DNA of 55,055 nt from a virus (Duplodnaviria; Caudoviricetes), in IMG/VR virus record IMGVR_UViG_3300027857_000022, positions 1 through 55,055 of that record; one strand, given 5' to 3'. Position numbers and translations under genes: made by a program. Shown in pieces: positions 17,161 through 25,827 of the stretch. The stretch's first letter is position 1. The number at the start of each line of letters is the position of its first letter. Under the pieces are notes generated by a model, which ran no database searches, was not told the DNA's origin, and saw only the letters and a program-made list of their open reading frames with translations.

Positions 17161-17541
17161 ATGATGCAGTATCAATTCTCAGCTCAGTTTTTGTCTCAAA
17201 TCGTGCTTCTTGCAAAAGAGATCGCGTTCCATCAGCGTGGAGAGCGCAAATTGCAGGATGTGGGTGTGCTCATCGCAAAATATGAGCACGAGCAGGAAGA
17301 ATTGACAGAGTCGGAGCATCCAGAGGAAGAATGGCCAGATCTCCTCTACTACGCGCTCTGTATAGCGGCTCAAGGAGAGCCAGTGTATCTTTCTCAAGTT
17401 CAGCATGAGCTAGAGCGCTCTGGGATATCTCAAGAGCAAATTGAGAGAGCTACGCTCGCAAAGTATCGCATCCGCGCTGAAGGCCCCAATTCTAAAGATT
17501 TCATTCGAGAGCGTGCTGCAATCCAAGCCGCTCTCCAGTAG
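17161..17541 (+). CDS. Hypothetical protein, weak MazG-like helical motif
   Basis: EHEQEEL...EEWPDLLYYALC. Confidence 0.5.
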   Translation: MMQYQFSAQFLSQIVLLAKEIAFHQRGERKLQDVGVLIAKYEHEQEELTESEHPEEEWPDLLYYALCIAAQGEPVYLSQVQHELERSGISQEQIERATLAKYRIRAEGPNSKDFIRERAAIQAALQ

Positions 17542-17568
17542 TGCCACATTGGGAGGCTTATTCGTTGC

Positions 17569-18321
17569 TCACAGCTTGCCATGCCTCCTCAGCAGCTCTC
17601 GTGCCTTCTCTGCTTGCTCGGGGGTGAAGTAGTTGGTGTATCGTCCCTCTCGCGCAGTCGGTACCCTCATTCTCTCCAGTTGCTCACCGCGTATGCCATT
17701 CTTGAGCCAGCCCTCAAAAACGGTGAGCTTGATGCCGATCTGCTCTGCAAAGTCGGTCGAATGTAATGTCCCCTCTGGCAAATCAGCAGGTACGCTGAAT
17801 CGCGCCACAATGCGATTCTGGGCTTGTTGCTGGGCTTTTGCCTCCTCTGCATCACCTCGCACTCTCAAGGGCGTATTTTGGGGTTCTGGTCGCGATGTCG
17901 AGATTATGTAGGGACTGGTAGGGACTAATAGGGAGGTATTGGACAAGGCTTGTTCTAAGGTCTCTATTCTGTGGGCTTGAGCTGCAACCATCTCTTCAAG
18001 CTGAGCAATCCTGTCCTCTAGCCTCCTTATGCTGTCCATGGCATCCCTGGTATCCATGCCCAAGGATGGTGCAGACTCCGCTCCTATGGACTCCTTGGCC
18101 AGCCATGGACGCGCAAATTTTGCTTGTTCCTCCTCCCATCTGATCTTGGCATACTCGACTTGTCCGCCTGGAATAGCCAGCCATCCACGCTCTGTGCGTT
18201 CGGCTACAAGCTCCCCTCGTTTCAGCATGCGCCGTACTGTCTTTGGATCACACCCAATATATTTAGCTGCCTGAATTGCATTATAGAATGGCAAGATAGT
18301 TCTCCTCTCCTTAGACATCAT
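17569..18321 (-). CDS. HTH + coiled-coil + C-terminal domain DNA-binding protein (candidate partition protein)
   Basis: YNAIQAAKYIGCDPKTVRRMLKRGEL; heptad region IRRLEDRIAQLEE; internal repeats. Confidence 0.7.
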   Translation of the reverse strand: MMSKERRTILPFYNAIQAAKYIGCDPKTVRRMLKRGELVAERTERGWLAIPGGQVEYAKIRWEEEQAKFARPWLAKESIGAESAPSLGMDTRDAMDSIRRLEDRIAQLEEMVAAQAHRIETLEQALSNTSLLVPTSPYIISTSRPEPQNTPLRVRGDAEEAKAQQQAQNRIVARFSVPADLPEGTLHSTDFAEQIGIKLTVFEGWLKNGIRGEQLERMRVPTAREGRYTNYFTPEQAEKARELLRRHGKL

Positions 18322-18383
18322 GAGACAAGGAGACTATGCCATTACGCGGGCGACGAGTCAACGAATTTGTGTTCGTGGGCATG

Positions 18384-18409
18384 AAAAAGCCCGGGCTACT
18401 CACCCGGGC
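18384..18409 (-). terminator. Intrinsic terminator
   Basis: gcccggg-tgagtag-cccgggc followed by ttttt on the minus strand. Confidence 0.8.
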
Positions 18410-18454
18410 CGACGTACATTGACCTGCACCTGCGTACCGATACGCAGAGATTGA

Positions 18455-18904
18455 TCAACGCACGTTCACTGTTTGCTCAAAGCCTGTACCAACGACTTTC
18501 ACCGATTGCCCTGGTCGCATGACGAGATTCAATGCGTACTCCGATGATTCAACATAGGGCAGGGCAAAATGCACGATGGTGCGATTGCCTTGGAACTCCT
18601 CCGCCTTGAAGGACTGAGAATGTGAGAAACCAACTTCGACCGCATGTTTGCGGCCTGCGATGACATAGAATGGAAGGTCGCGGCTGATCGTTATGGTAAG
18701 CGCATCGGTAGTCTTGACAACTACCGATGCGTGCGCAGGAACACTGGCGAGAGCGCACTGGGTGATTGGCGCGTCATTGCCAATCACCCCAGAGAGCAAA
18801 TCTCCACTCTTCATCAGAATCCATACAGAGAATTCACGAAGTCCTGTGATGGAGAGAGAGAAATTGCCAGAAGTGATGCGGGGACACACAATGAGATCAT
18901 TCAT
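18455..18904 (-). CDS. Hypothetical protein
   Basis: RBS AGGAGG; start MNDLIV. Confidence 0.65.
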   Translation of the reverse strand: MNDLIVCPRITSGNFSLSITGLREFSVWILMKSGDLLSGVIGNDAPITQCALASVPAHASVVVKTTDALTITISRDLPFYVIAGRKHAVEVGFSHSQSFKAEEFQGNRTIVHFALPYVESSEYALNLVMRPGQSVKVVGTGFEQTVNVR

Positions 18905-19157
18905 CACTTGCCTCCTTGCTTGCGATCTGTGCCATGTCCATTGCAGATCGCATCCTTTGCACCGCACGAAGCTTTAGGATGAATGCCACGCTATATGCAA
19001 TTACAGCACTTGCAAGGTACGCGGCAATAAGTGCACTCATCGCGTGCAGCGTGTCAAGATGCATATTTACTGCCAATGCTGTGAATAACGTGATAAGACA
19101 AGCATGCAGGCAAAGATTGTCGGCGAGCTTCATGAGCTTGGTAATCCGTCTCATCAA
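18897..19157 (-). CDS. Small two-TM membrane protein
   Basis: Two hydrophobic segments. Confidence 0.6.
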   Translation of the reverse strand: MMRRITKLMKLADNLCLHACLITLFTALAVNMHLDTLHAMSALIAAYLASAVIAYSVAFILKLRAVQRMRSAMDMAQIASKEASDE

Positions 19158-19294
19158 AACACCTCACGCTCTACATAGGATGGAATACGATTGAACTCAT
19201 CCAATTCTTGCATCTCATATATCGGATACACATTTGTGAGGCCATTGGGGAACCGCTCGTTGTACCGCTGCTCCCAATGATCAAGGTTTCGCAT
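19154..19294 (-). CDS. Small hypothetical protein (46 aa, not in ORF track)
   Basis: RBS AAGGAG; MRNLDHWEQRYNERFPNG...EREVF; stop overlaps the next start. Confidence 0.6.
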   Translation of the reverse strand: MRNLDHWEQRYNERFPNGLTNVYPIYEMQELDEFNRIPSYVEREVF

Positions 19295-19342
19295 CTAATG
19301 CTCCTTCTGGAGAGTACCATTCCGGCACCCTCCAGCTCCTTT

Positions 19343-19543
19343 CTAGGCATAAATGTCGAACAAACTGACATACTGACTACGGGCTTGCGCCTCAACGTAC
19401 CACGCCTTCTCCTGCTCACTGAGCATATCCCATGCCCAGACACCAAAGGCGCCGTTGTGATGCGTGCGCACGATACGGATAGGCGTTGGGACTTGCTGTT
19501 CGGGACGCTCGTCGGTTTGGGTTGCGACGATGGTGGTTTGCAT
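19343..19543 (-). CDS. Hypothetical protein
   Basis: RBS TAAGGAG; first gene after the leftward promoter. Confidence 0.65.
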   Translation of the reverse strand: MQTTIVATQTDERPEQQVPTPIRIVRTHHNGAFGVWAWDMLSEQEKAWYVEAQARSQYVSLFDIYA

Positions 19544-19658
19544 GGTAATATCTCCTTAGTTTGTGGTAACTTGCTAGGAGCCAGGTGGCTCCGACTAGGC
19601 CCGCTCCTCGCCAAAGTAAGCGGGCCTTTTTTTGTGCCCTCCAATTGAGGACATTCTT

Positions 19659-19785
19659 AGTATACCGCATGTACGGCAATTTGTCAATAGTTTTTGCCGT
19701 GAAAATACCGCACATAACGAAATTTGGCAATTTTGAGAAACTCGTCCCCAAACCACTTGACAAAATGCCGTTTGTGCGGTACTAT
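19659..19785. promoter_or_regulatory. Divergent sigma70 promoters with repeated AAWTGCCGT-n-TGCGGTA operators (switch 2)
   Basis: Leftward TTGACA(19687)-17-TATACT; rightward TTGACA(19757)-17-TACTAT; near-identical spacers and a third partial copy between them. Confidence 0.85.
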
Positions 19786-19827
19786 CTAACTGTGCACTAG
19801 CACACGAGTGGTTTGACTTAAGGAGAT

Positions 19828-20103
19828 GTGGCTATGCCAGAGGAGCAACAGCCGACTAGTGAGGGAGATGACAAGCTACAAGAGTGGTATACCGCTAGTG
19901 AAGCCGCAAAAAAGCTAAGCGAAACCAGCGGGAAACGGATTGATCCTGACTATCTGTTCAAGCTTGGTCGTATGAAGAAAGTTCGCACTATGAAGCTGGG
20001 TAAACGGGTAACTCTCTACAGCAAAAATGATGTGGATAGTTACAAAGTCGGAGGTAGGGGAAGAAAGCCTACCAAGGATAGTAACTCATCAAAAGCGGCA
20101 TAG
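19828..20103 (+). CDS. HTH DNA-binding protein, paralogue of 10835..11071
   Basis: EWYTASEAAKKLSETSGKRIDPDYLFKL...LYSKNDVD. Confidence 0.85.
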   Translation: MAMPEEQQPTSEGDDKLQEWYTASEAAKKLSETSGKRIDPDYLFKLGRMKKVRTMKLGKRVTLYSKNDVDSYKVGGRGRKPTKDSNSSKAA

Positions 20104-20269
20104 CCCGGCGTGCGTCATAGCTTGGGAGCCGACGACGCACGCACATAGACTACTTAGTTGAAAGTATAAATGCCTTGCAGCATGTATGCAATGTGACATA
20201 TGTTCTATAGCGAACAGTGCACCGTGTGTGCAAGAAACGCAAGTTCCAATGAAGGGAGGCAACAGTCTG

Positions 20270-20563
20270 ATGAACCTGAAGAAAGCGCTCTTCTTGAGCA
20301 AAAGCGGCAAAGTATCGCTGGTTGAAGGTCCATATTGCATTTCGGTTTCTCTGGCTCAAGAGGAAAGGCCTTTCATGAGACAAGAAGAAGGGCCTTTCTA
20401 TCGGGATGTTCTCATTCTTGAGGTATCTCATTGTGGTTCAGATCCTCATGTGCATGAGAAGTTCTATGATATTGATAGTATTGATAGTATTGAGACATTT
20501 CTTCATGACAAAGGTATTTCCACGGAAGGATGGGATACCGGAGATAAAGGGGTGAATGAGTGA
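20270..20563 (+). CDS. Hypothetical protein
   Basis: RBS GGGAGG before MNLKK. Confidence 0.6.
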   Translation: MNLKKALFLSKSGKVSLVEGPYCISVSLAQEERPFMRQEEGPFYRDVLILEVSHCGSDPHVHEKFYDIDSIDSIETFLHDKGISTEGWDTGDKGVNE

Positions 20564-20895
20564 ATCATCCGACACGTGAAGAATTCAATGCCCTGGCCGA
20601 AAAAGTGCATCGGCTCGAACAACAACAAACCGAGCCGATGCGGGTGACGCGCATTGAGGTCGAGCAAAAGGATCTGGTTCTCACCTTGGAGAAGCACACG
20701 GCGATGCTGCAAATGTTGTCTGAGCAGTCCGATCGGCACACAGTAGCATTCCAGCAGATCCAAGTGCTCATCGCTGCTCAGACAGAGGTTATTAGTGCAT
20801 TGCAGGCTGAAATGATCAGTATGCGAGCAACACAATCCGATCATGGCGAGTTGCTCAGAGAGATCTTAGCACGATTACCAGAGAAAGGAGCATGA
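20560..20895 (+). CDS. Coiled-coil hypothetical protein
   Basis: PTREEFNAL...LLREILARLP heptads; coupled to neighbours. Confidence 0.7.
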   Translation: MNHPTREEFNALAEKVHRLEQQQTEPMRVTRIEVEQKDLVLTLEKHTAMLQMLSEQSDRHTVAFQQIQVLIAAQTEVISALQAEMISMRATQSDHGELLREILARLPEKGA

Positions 20896-21143
20896 TGGAA
20901 GAGATCAAGTATCCGATCAACGGCTTCAGCAATGCTCACGAGGTCATTGCTGAAGCCGAGAGAACTAGGAGGCCGATCCGTGATCTGATCGGTAGGGGAC
21001 TGCCAGAGGACTACACTCGCGAGCAAATTCTAGAAGCGTATCGCAAGGGCGAGTGTAGTGAAGGGTATGTAGCGCAAAGGCTCAAGATAAGCCGCATAGA
21101 GATTAGAAGTATTGTAGGTGAATTGTCAGAGAAAGGGGAATAG
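20892..21143 (+). CDS. UPF0175-like HTH (antitoxin-like) protein
   Basis: AYRKGECSEGYVAQRLKISRIEI. Confidence 0.6.
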   Translation: MMEEIKYPINGFSNAHEVIAEAERTRRPIRDLIGRGLPEDYTREQILEAYRKGECSEGYVAQRLKISRIEIRSIVGELSEKGE

Positions 21144-21152
21144 ATGAAATAG

Positions 21153-21323
21153 ATGAATATTAGCATCTACTTAGATGACGAGCAAGAGCAGGCAAATAAA
21201 ATGATTCTGCCAGATGATGTTGTTGCGATAATCGACAAATTGCGCAAAGATGGAGAATCGCGCAAAGATGTCATTATTCGTGTAATGCGTGAGTTGCCTG
21301 CTGCTAGGTCCTTGTCCGACTAG
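21153..21323 (+). CDS. Small RHH/antitoxin-like protein (56 aa, not in ORF track)
   Basis: LPDDVVAIIDKLRKDGESRKDVIIRVM. Confidence 0.5.
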   Translation: MNISIYLDDEQEQANKMILPDDVVAIIDKLRKDGESRKDVIIRVMRELPAARSLSD

Positions 21324-21403
21324 CAGCAGGCTCACCCTAGATGTAGTAGGGCTATCAGCAGTCTACCAGAGCCTGATAGCCAAAGCAAGGAGGTATCAGG
21401 CTA

Positions 21404-21727
21404 ATGACCTACAGAGTATTCATTCCAAGCGAGAGTCTGGTCAAAACGGCCCGATGGACGCTGCAAGCCCTCGCAACAATCTGCGCCGTGACAGCCTGTG
21501 CGCTAGTCTTGATTGGCGCACTGCACGTCATGGCTTGGCTGTGCAGCTCGCTCATTGTGGTTATCCATGCGATGGCCTCGGTGTGCCATGAAGCCATCGC
21601 TGCTATCGGTGGCAGCCCCGAGAACGTCGTCGTTGTGTGCATCGTGTGGCTATTACTTGTTTTGAGTGTCAAAGCCACATGTATTCTGTTCTCGTCTTTT
21701 TTTCAAGCGGAAGGGGCAAGGGCATGA
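21404..21727 (+). CDS. Small multi-TM membrane protein
   Basis: RBS AGGAGG; 2-3 hydrophobic segments; ATGA-coupled to the ATPase. Confidence 0.7.
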   Translation: MTYRVFIPSESLVKTARWTLQALATICAVTACALVLIGALHVMAWLCSSLIVVIHAMASVCHEAIAAIGGSPENVVVVCIVWLLLVLSVKATCILFSSFFQAEGARA

Positions 21728-23277
21728 ATAACCGAGATGCCGTCCTTATTGGACTCTGTTTGTTTGCCGTGATCATGCTCGGCTCGTTCCTGCTCCTGCT
21801 TGACCCGAGTGTCCATCTCCGGTTCCTTGAGGCGGTTGATGCTGTGGGCAGAGGGATAGAGATCCTTTTCGCTGTGGGCATCACCCTGGGCAGTGCTGGG
21901 ATCGGCGTCAAAATCTGGCGCGGGCGTCATGTGCTGGTGGTCAAAGATGGCAAGGATGGGCAGATTGCGCGGGCTGTTGTGGTACGTGGGTCTCAAATTG
22001 TGCAGATCGGATCTGCTGAGCTTGGACTGAGCGAGCTGCTGAAGTTGCAAGGCGATCTCGTCAGTCAGCAGAAGGAGCATATGCGCGTGATTGATGCGGA
22101 GTCCAAGGCCATACGCACAATGCTGCCACTTCTGGAAGCATATGGTGACGATGAGGACACAGTGGAAGATCAGCAAAGAATTGAAGCTCCTCAGCTCTAT
22201 ACGCTCTCTGATCAGCTGGCATGTGGCCAAACAAGTCTGAACGAAGAAGATAGTCTTGTGGGCTATGTCGATGATGAGCCGCTACGGGGGAAGCTCTTCG
22301 ATGATGACGGGAATATGTTCGACTCGGTGTTCGTCTTCGGTGACCAGGGCTTTGGCAAATCCACCTTTGCCACGTACCTTGCAGCTCTCACCGTGTTGCA
22401 TCACGGTCGCTTCATCGTGATCGACCCAGATGCTGAGTTTGGGCAGTCGCTCTCTGTTCGACTCGGGCCATTAGCCAACGAGATCTTCTTGCTCTGTCCG
22501 ATAGCGGATACTCCACAAAAGGCCGCCCATGCCGTCGCTCTTGCAAGAGATGAGCTAGAAAGCCCTGGGGACTATCCAGTGTTGTGGCTCATTGATGAAT
22601 TTAGCATGATTGCTCGTCAAGCTACAGGTGGTACAGGCAAATGGTCAGAGGTTGGGAAAGAACTGATTGAGCTGACGGAGGACTGGGCGACCCGTGGGCG
22701 CAAACGAAGACGGCGCGTCGTCGCCTTCGGTCAAATTCCCAACGCGAAGCGATCCGGTGGAACGGAGTTCCGTGACTCGACCACAACCGTCTGCTTTCAC
22801 CTGAAGAAAAAGCGAGCACAGATGGTCCTTGAGGATGAGGCGGAGATAGCACCGGATCTCGGCCCTGGTGAGGTGATTGTTGTACCAGCGAGGTCATCGG
22901 AGGCAAGTTACCGCATGCAACTGCCAATGCCGGATCGTGACGGATTGGTTCAGGTAGCAAGGACTATGGCTCAAATGGCTTTTGAAGGGGGTGCAGATGG
23001 TTCAGAGTATGTCAAACTAGAACGATCGAGCACCCCCTTGGCACCCGTTCAGCACCCTTCGAGCACCCTCTATGAACCGTTTGTCGTTGACCATGAGACT
23101 GCTTTCAAAGTGAAAGTTCAGCGGATACGTGAAATGCGTGCCCAGAACAAAAATCAGGAGCAGATCATTGAGGCAATTTACGGTGTGAGGAAGGGCGGGA
23201 ACGCAAAGTATGCAACAGCTCGCGATGAGTACCTCTCTATCATGCAACTGCTTGCGTCAACGGAAGGAGAGGTATGA
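21724..23277 (+). CDS. Membrane-anchored FtsK/HerA-superfamily ATPase (TraB-like architecture)
   Basis: Two N-terminal TM segments, Walker A GDQGFGKST, Walker B LWLIDEF, RGRK...Q motif, C-terminal HTH-like NQEQIIEAIYGVRKGG. Confidence 0.8.
   Translation: MNNRDAVLIGLCLFAVIMLGSFLLLLDPSVHLRFLEAVDAVGRGIEILFAVGITLGSAGIGVKIWRGRHVLVVKDGKDGQIARAVVVRGSQIVQIGSAELGLSELLKLQGDLVSQQKEHMRVIDAESKAIRTMLPLLEAYGDDEDTVEDQQRIEAPQLYTLSDQLACGQTSLNEEDSLVGYVDDEPLRGKLFDDDGNMFDSVFVFGDQGFGKSTFATYLAALTVLHHGRFIVIDPDAEFGQSLSVRLGPLANEIFLLCPIADTPQKAAHAVALARDELESPGDYPVLWLIDEFSMIARQATGGTGKWSEVGKELIELTEDWATRGRKRRRRVVAFGQIPNAKRSGGTEFRDSTTTVCFHLKKKRAQMVLEDEAEIAPDLGPGEVIVVPARSSEASYRMQLPMPDRDGLVQVARTMAQMAFEGGADGSEYVKLERSSTPLAPVQHPSSTLYEPFVVDHETAFKVKVQRIREMRAQNKNQEQIIEAIYGVRKGGNAKYATARDEYLSIMQLLASTEGEV
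23030..23079 (+). repeat. GCACCC x4 at exact 11-bp period
   Basis: Starts at 23030, 23041, 23052, 23063; degenerate GAACCG at 23074; inverted GGGTGC at 22989. Confidence 0.85.
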
Positions 23278-23729
23278 TGTCGCTCTACGAGAGGTACCGA
23301 CTTGAGCGGGCTGTCAAGACGGACATGGAAGATCTGCCAATGAAACCAAGATCAGCACCGACGGTCAAGCGCAAGCCTGCATCATCGGCATCGAAGAGTC
23401 CTCGTCGCCGATCCACTGCAACCAGGAACCAAACAGCCAAGACCACGGCAAGGCCTGTAAAGCCGCTGCCACCGTTGGGAGCAAAGCAGACAGAGCAACC
23501 ACGGGACCGATTGGGGCGCTTCGCTCGCAAGACGGGTGCTGTGCTCTGGTCTGGTGCCAAAGCTACAGGCCGTGCGATCCGTGGTACTGCTCGGGGTGTC
23601 AAGCGCATACGTTCTGATATGCGGCGACGGGCACGCCTTGAGGAACGGGAACGGCGGGTAGCCCTTGCCGAGCGTGAAAAGAAGCTTGGATTACGCAAGA
23701 AAACAGTAATTCGTAGGAGGAAACGATAA
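23274..23729 (+). CDS. Very basic (Arg/Lys-rich) protein
   Basis: Coupled on both sides; contains QPRDRLGRF. Confidence 0.7.
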   Translation: MMSLYERYRLERAVKTDMEDLPMKPRSAPTVKRKPASSASKSPRRRSTATRNQTAKTTARPVKPLPPLGAKQTEQPRDRLGRFARKTGAVLWSGAKATGRAIRGTARGVKRIRSDMRRRARLEERERRVALAEREKKLGLRKKTVIRRRKR

Positions 23730-24730
23730 TGAACTGGCAAGCTGTGTATAGAGTTGGAATACGCTTGGTATTCTTGTTTGCATTTGTTGCATTTTTGAGT
23801 GCATCTATATCGCACGTAGCCGTATTCTATCACAACTTTGAGGCCGACAAATCGAATTGGGTAAGCCCGTATATGTTGGCTATTTCCATCGATTTGACAG
23901 CGCTTATGCTGACCATTGGTGTGATGTTTTTCGGCAAAGGAATGCCCATTCATGCCAAGATTATCATCTGGCTTTTTATCTTTGCATTAACGGGGTTTTC
24001 CTGGGCTGTTAACTGGGAGTATGCGAGTACGTATCAGGGGACAACAGACATCAAAGCAAGTCCGTTTTTACAGATGCTCAATCCGATTTTAGCTTCTAGT
24101 TTTGCCTTTCTTAATCTGGCCTATTCGTTTGTTTCTGGCTACTTCGATTCGAATGAGAAAACAGCAGCCGAATTACAGGCTGAAGCTGATCGTTTAGAGG
24201 GTCTTGAAAAGGCCCAAAAACGTATCGATGCGTACAGGGAACGGACCCGCAAAAAGAGCTTGATCCAGGCAGCCAAAGAGACACTCATTGAAGCCAAAGA
24301 GGCCGTAAACGAGCTGAAAAATGGAAGTGATGAGGAAGTCGAGAGTTCCCCTAAAGTGGAAGTGAGAGCCGAGTCAAATGTGGAAGTTTTGGAGGAAGTC
24401 GACATGGAAGTTTTCCCCCAAGAAAATGGAAGTGATGAGGAAGTTGATACCGACCCAGAAGTGGAAGTCTTAAGTGTTGTTCCCTTCCATCCATATGGAA
24501 CTGCTGACTTCCCCAAGACTTCCATCAAAGAGAAGATTGCACGGAAGAAGTTGTTCACGATTGCCCAGGCTGCGGAGGAACTCCAGTGTACCCCGAGGCA
24601 TGTAAGAAACCTCCGCAAAGATGGAACTCTTGCTGCCGATGAAAGCGGCCTTATCATAGCAGCAAGTCTTAAATCTTATAAAGCTAAGAGAAAGTCAAAA
24701 ATGGATAGAGACGCTATTGACAGCCACTGA
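23729..24730 (+). CDS. Four-TM membrane protein with coiled coil, acidic linker and C-terminal HTH (SpdA/SpdB2/DUF2637-like architecture)
   Basis: FLSASISH...PYMLAISIDLTAL...SWAVNWEYA TM block; FTIAQAAEELQCTPRHVRNLRKDG HTH. Confidence 0.7.
   Translation: MNWQAVYRVGIRLVFLFAFVAFLSASISHVAVFYHNFEADKSNWVSPYMLAISIDLTALMLTIGVMFFGKGMPIHAKIIIWLFIFALTGFSWAVNWEYASTYQGTTDIKASPFLQMLNPILASSFAFLNLAYSFVSGYFDSNEKTAAELQAEADRLEGLEKAQKRIDAYRERTRKKSLIQAAKETLIEAKEAVNELKNGSDEEVESSPKVEVRAESNVEVLEEVDMEVFPQENGSDEEVDTDPEVEVLSVVPFHPYGTADFPKTSIKEKIARKKLFTIAQAAEELQCTPRHVRNLRKDGTLAADESGLIIAASLKSYKAKRKSKMDRDAIDSH
24323..24523 (+). repeat. GGAAGT array: nine direct and two inverted copies
   Basis: Direct at 24323, 24334, 24358, 24382, 24394, 24406, 24428, 24439, 24463; ACTTCC at 24507, 24518. 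Confidence 0.85.
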
Positions 24731-24788
24731 TACAATTCTGGCAGGATATGTAGAGCATCCATGCAAGTGAGTGAAAGGAAGAAATATC

Positions 24789-24974
24789 ATGTCGAACGAA
24801 AGTGGACTCTTAACTGTGAGTGAAGTGGCTCAGCTTCTGCGTGTGGATTCGACAACTGTGCGGCGTTGGATTCAGAACGGTGTCCTTGAGGCAATTGTCT
24901 TACCTCATAGAAACAAGCGCCAAGCATACCGGATTAAGCGTGAGACGCTTGATAGTCTGCTGCAAGCTGCATGA
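24789..24974 (+). CDS. Excisionase-like (HTH_17) DNA-binding protein
   Basis: LLTVSEVAQLLRVDSTTVRRWIQNGVLEA...YRIKRETL. Confidence 0.9.
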   Translation: MSNESGLLTVSEVAQLLRVDSTTVRRWIQNGVLEAIVLPHRNKRQAYRIKRETLDSLLQAA

Positions 24975-24992
24975 GGCTTGCCAGATGCGAGG

Positions 24993-25020
24993 AAGACCAG
25001 CTAATGTGCTGGTCTTTCTT
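24993..25020 (+). terminator. Intrinsic terminator
   Basis: aagaccagc-taatgt-gctggtctt followed by a T-rich tail. Confidence 0.7.
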
Positions 25021-25108
25021 GTCTTTTGGCATATGCGCGATATGGTATACTTGCTCTATGTGGTCGGACATTCGCAATTTAGGATGTATGTGCAAGGAGT
25101 ATTCACAT

Positions 25109-25636
25109 ATGTATTACGAGCAATCAGCCTACAATGATTATACAAGGCCAGGATACTACGCAAGAGAGTATCGCAAGAGAACAGGAAAGATGCGTAGGAT
25201 ACATGCAGAAGAACTCGCGAAGAAGATGGAAAAGCGCACGGGTCCCCTTGCAATTGAGGACATGCCGACGACGCTTGTCCAGAGTGTGCGCTTGCCACAA
25301 GAGCAAATCGAGCAGATGATCGATGAATCGAAGAATTTGCATTCTCAGAAGATAGAGATTCCCCAGCCTTCAATGCCGATTGACGTGCATGGGAGGCCGT
25401 ATTTGGGGATCATCAATCCGTACGAGGATACCGTACGGCTGGCCGAGCAATTGGTGCTAAAGTTCCATGCGATGCGAGGGGGCTATCCTGGCATGATCTA
25501 TCTATCAGCATTTCGCTATCTTACGCGCAATAGCAGTCATTTCTGCATAGGGAATACGCTTATCCCCTATGCCTATGATCCCCATAGCGTCACTTTCGAT
25601 GTCATGGTGCGTGGGGAGAAGATCTTCTCATTGTGA
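25109..25636 (+). CDS. Hypothetical protein
   Basis: RBS AAGGAG before MYYEQ. Confidence 0.7.
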   Translation: MYYEQSAYNDYTRPGYYAREYRKRTGKMRRIHAEELAKKMEKRTGPLAIEDMPTTLVQSVRLPQEQIEQMIDESKNLHSQKIEIPQPSMPIDVHGRPYLGIINPYEDTVRLAEQLVLKFHAMRGGYPGMIYLSAFRYLTRNSSHFCIGNTLIPYAYDPHSVTFDVMVRGEKIFSL

Positions 25637-25827
25637 GTCCTAAATTAGCTGTTAGTATATATGTTGTGATGCTTCTATTATACGTAGGAGCTTGTTTTAT
25701 TGGCATGAATGGCATCCATTGATATGCAAGACAATGACACATCCAGGCTCTATAACATCTCAGGTTTTCTCTTGCGATGCAGAGAACAAGAGGTTCTGCA
25801 CCGCATCCCGATCATCATCTACTATCA

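Noticed and set aside
20468-20494. 9-bp tandem repeat (tattgatag)
   Set aside because: Simple in-frame slippage (DIDSIDSIE) with no further structure.
3644-24974. Xis-like genes as evidence of integration
   Set aside because: HTH_17 proteins are often plain regulators, and no integrase or att context accompanies them.
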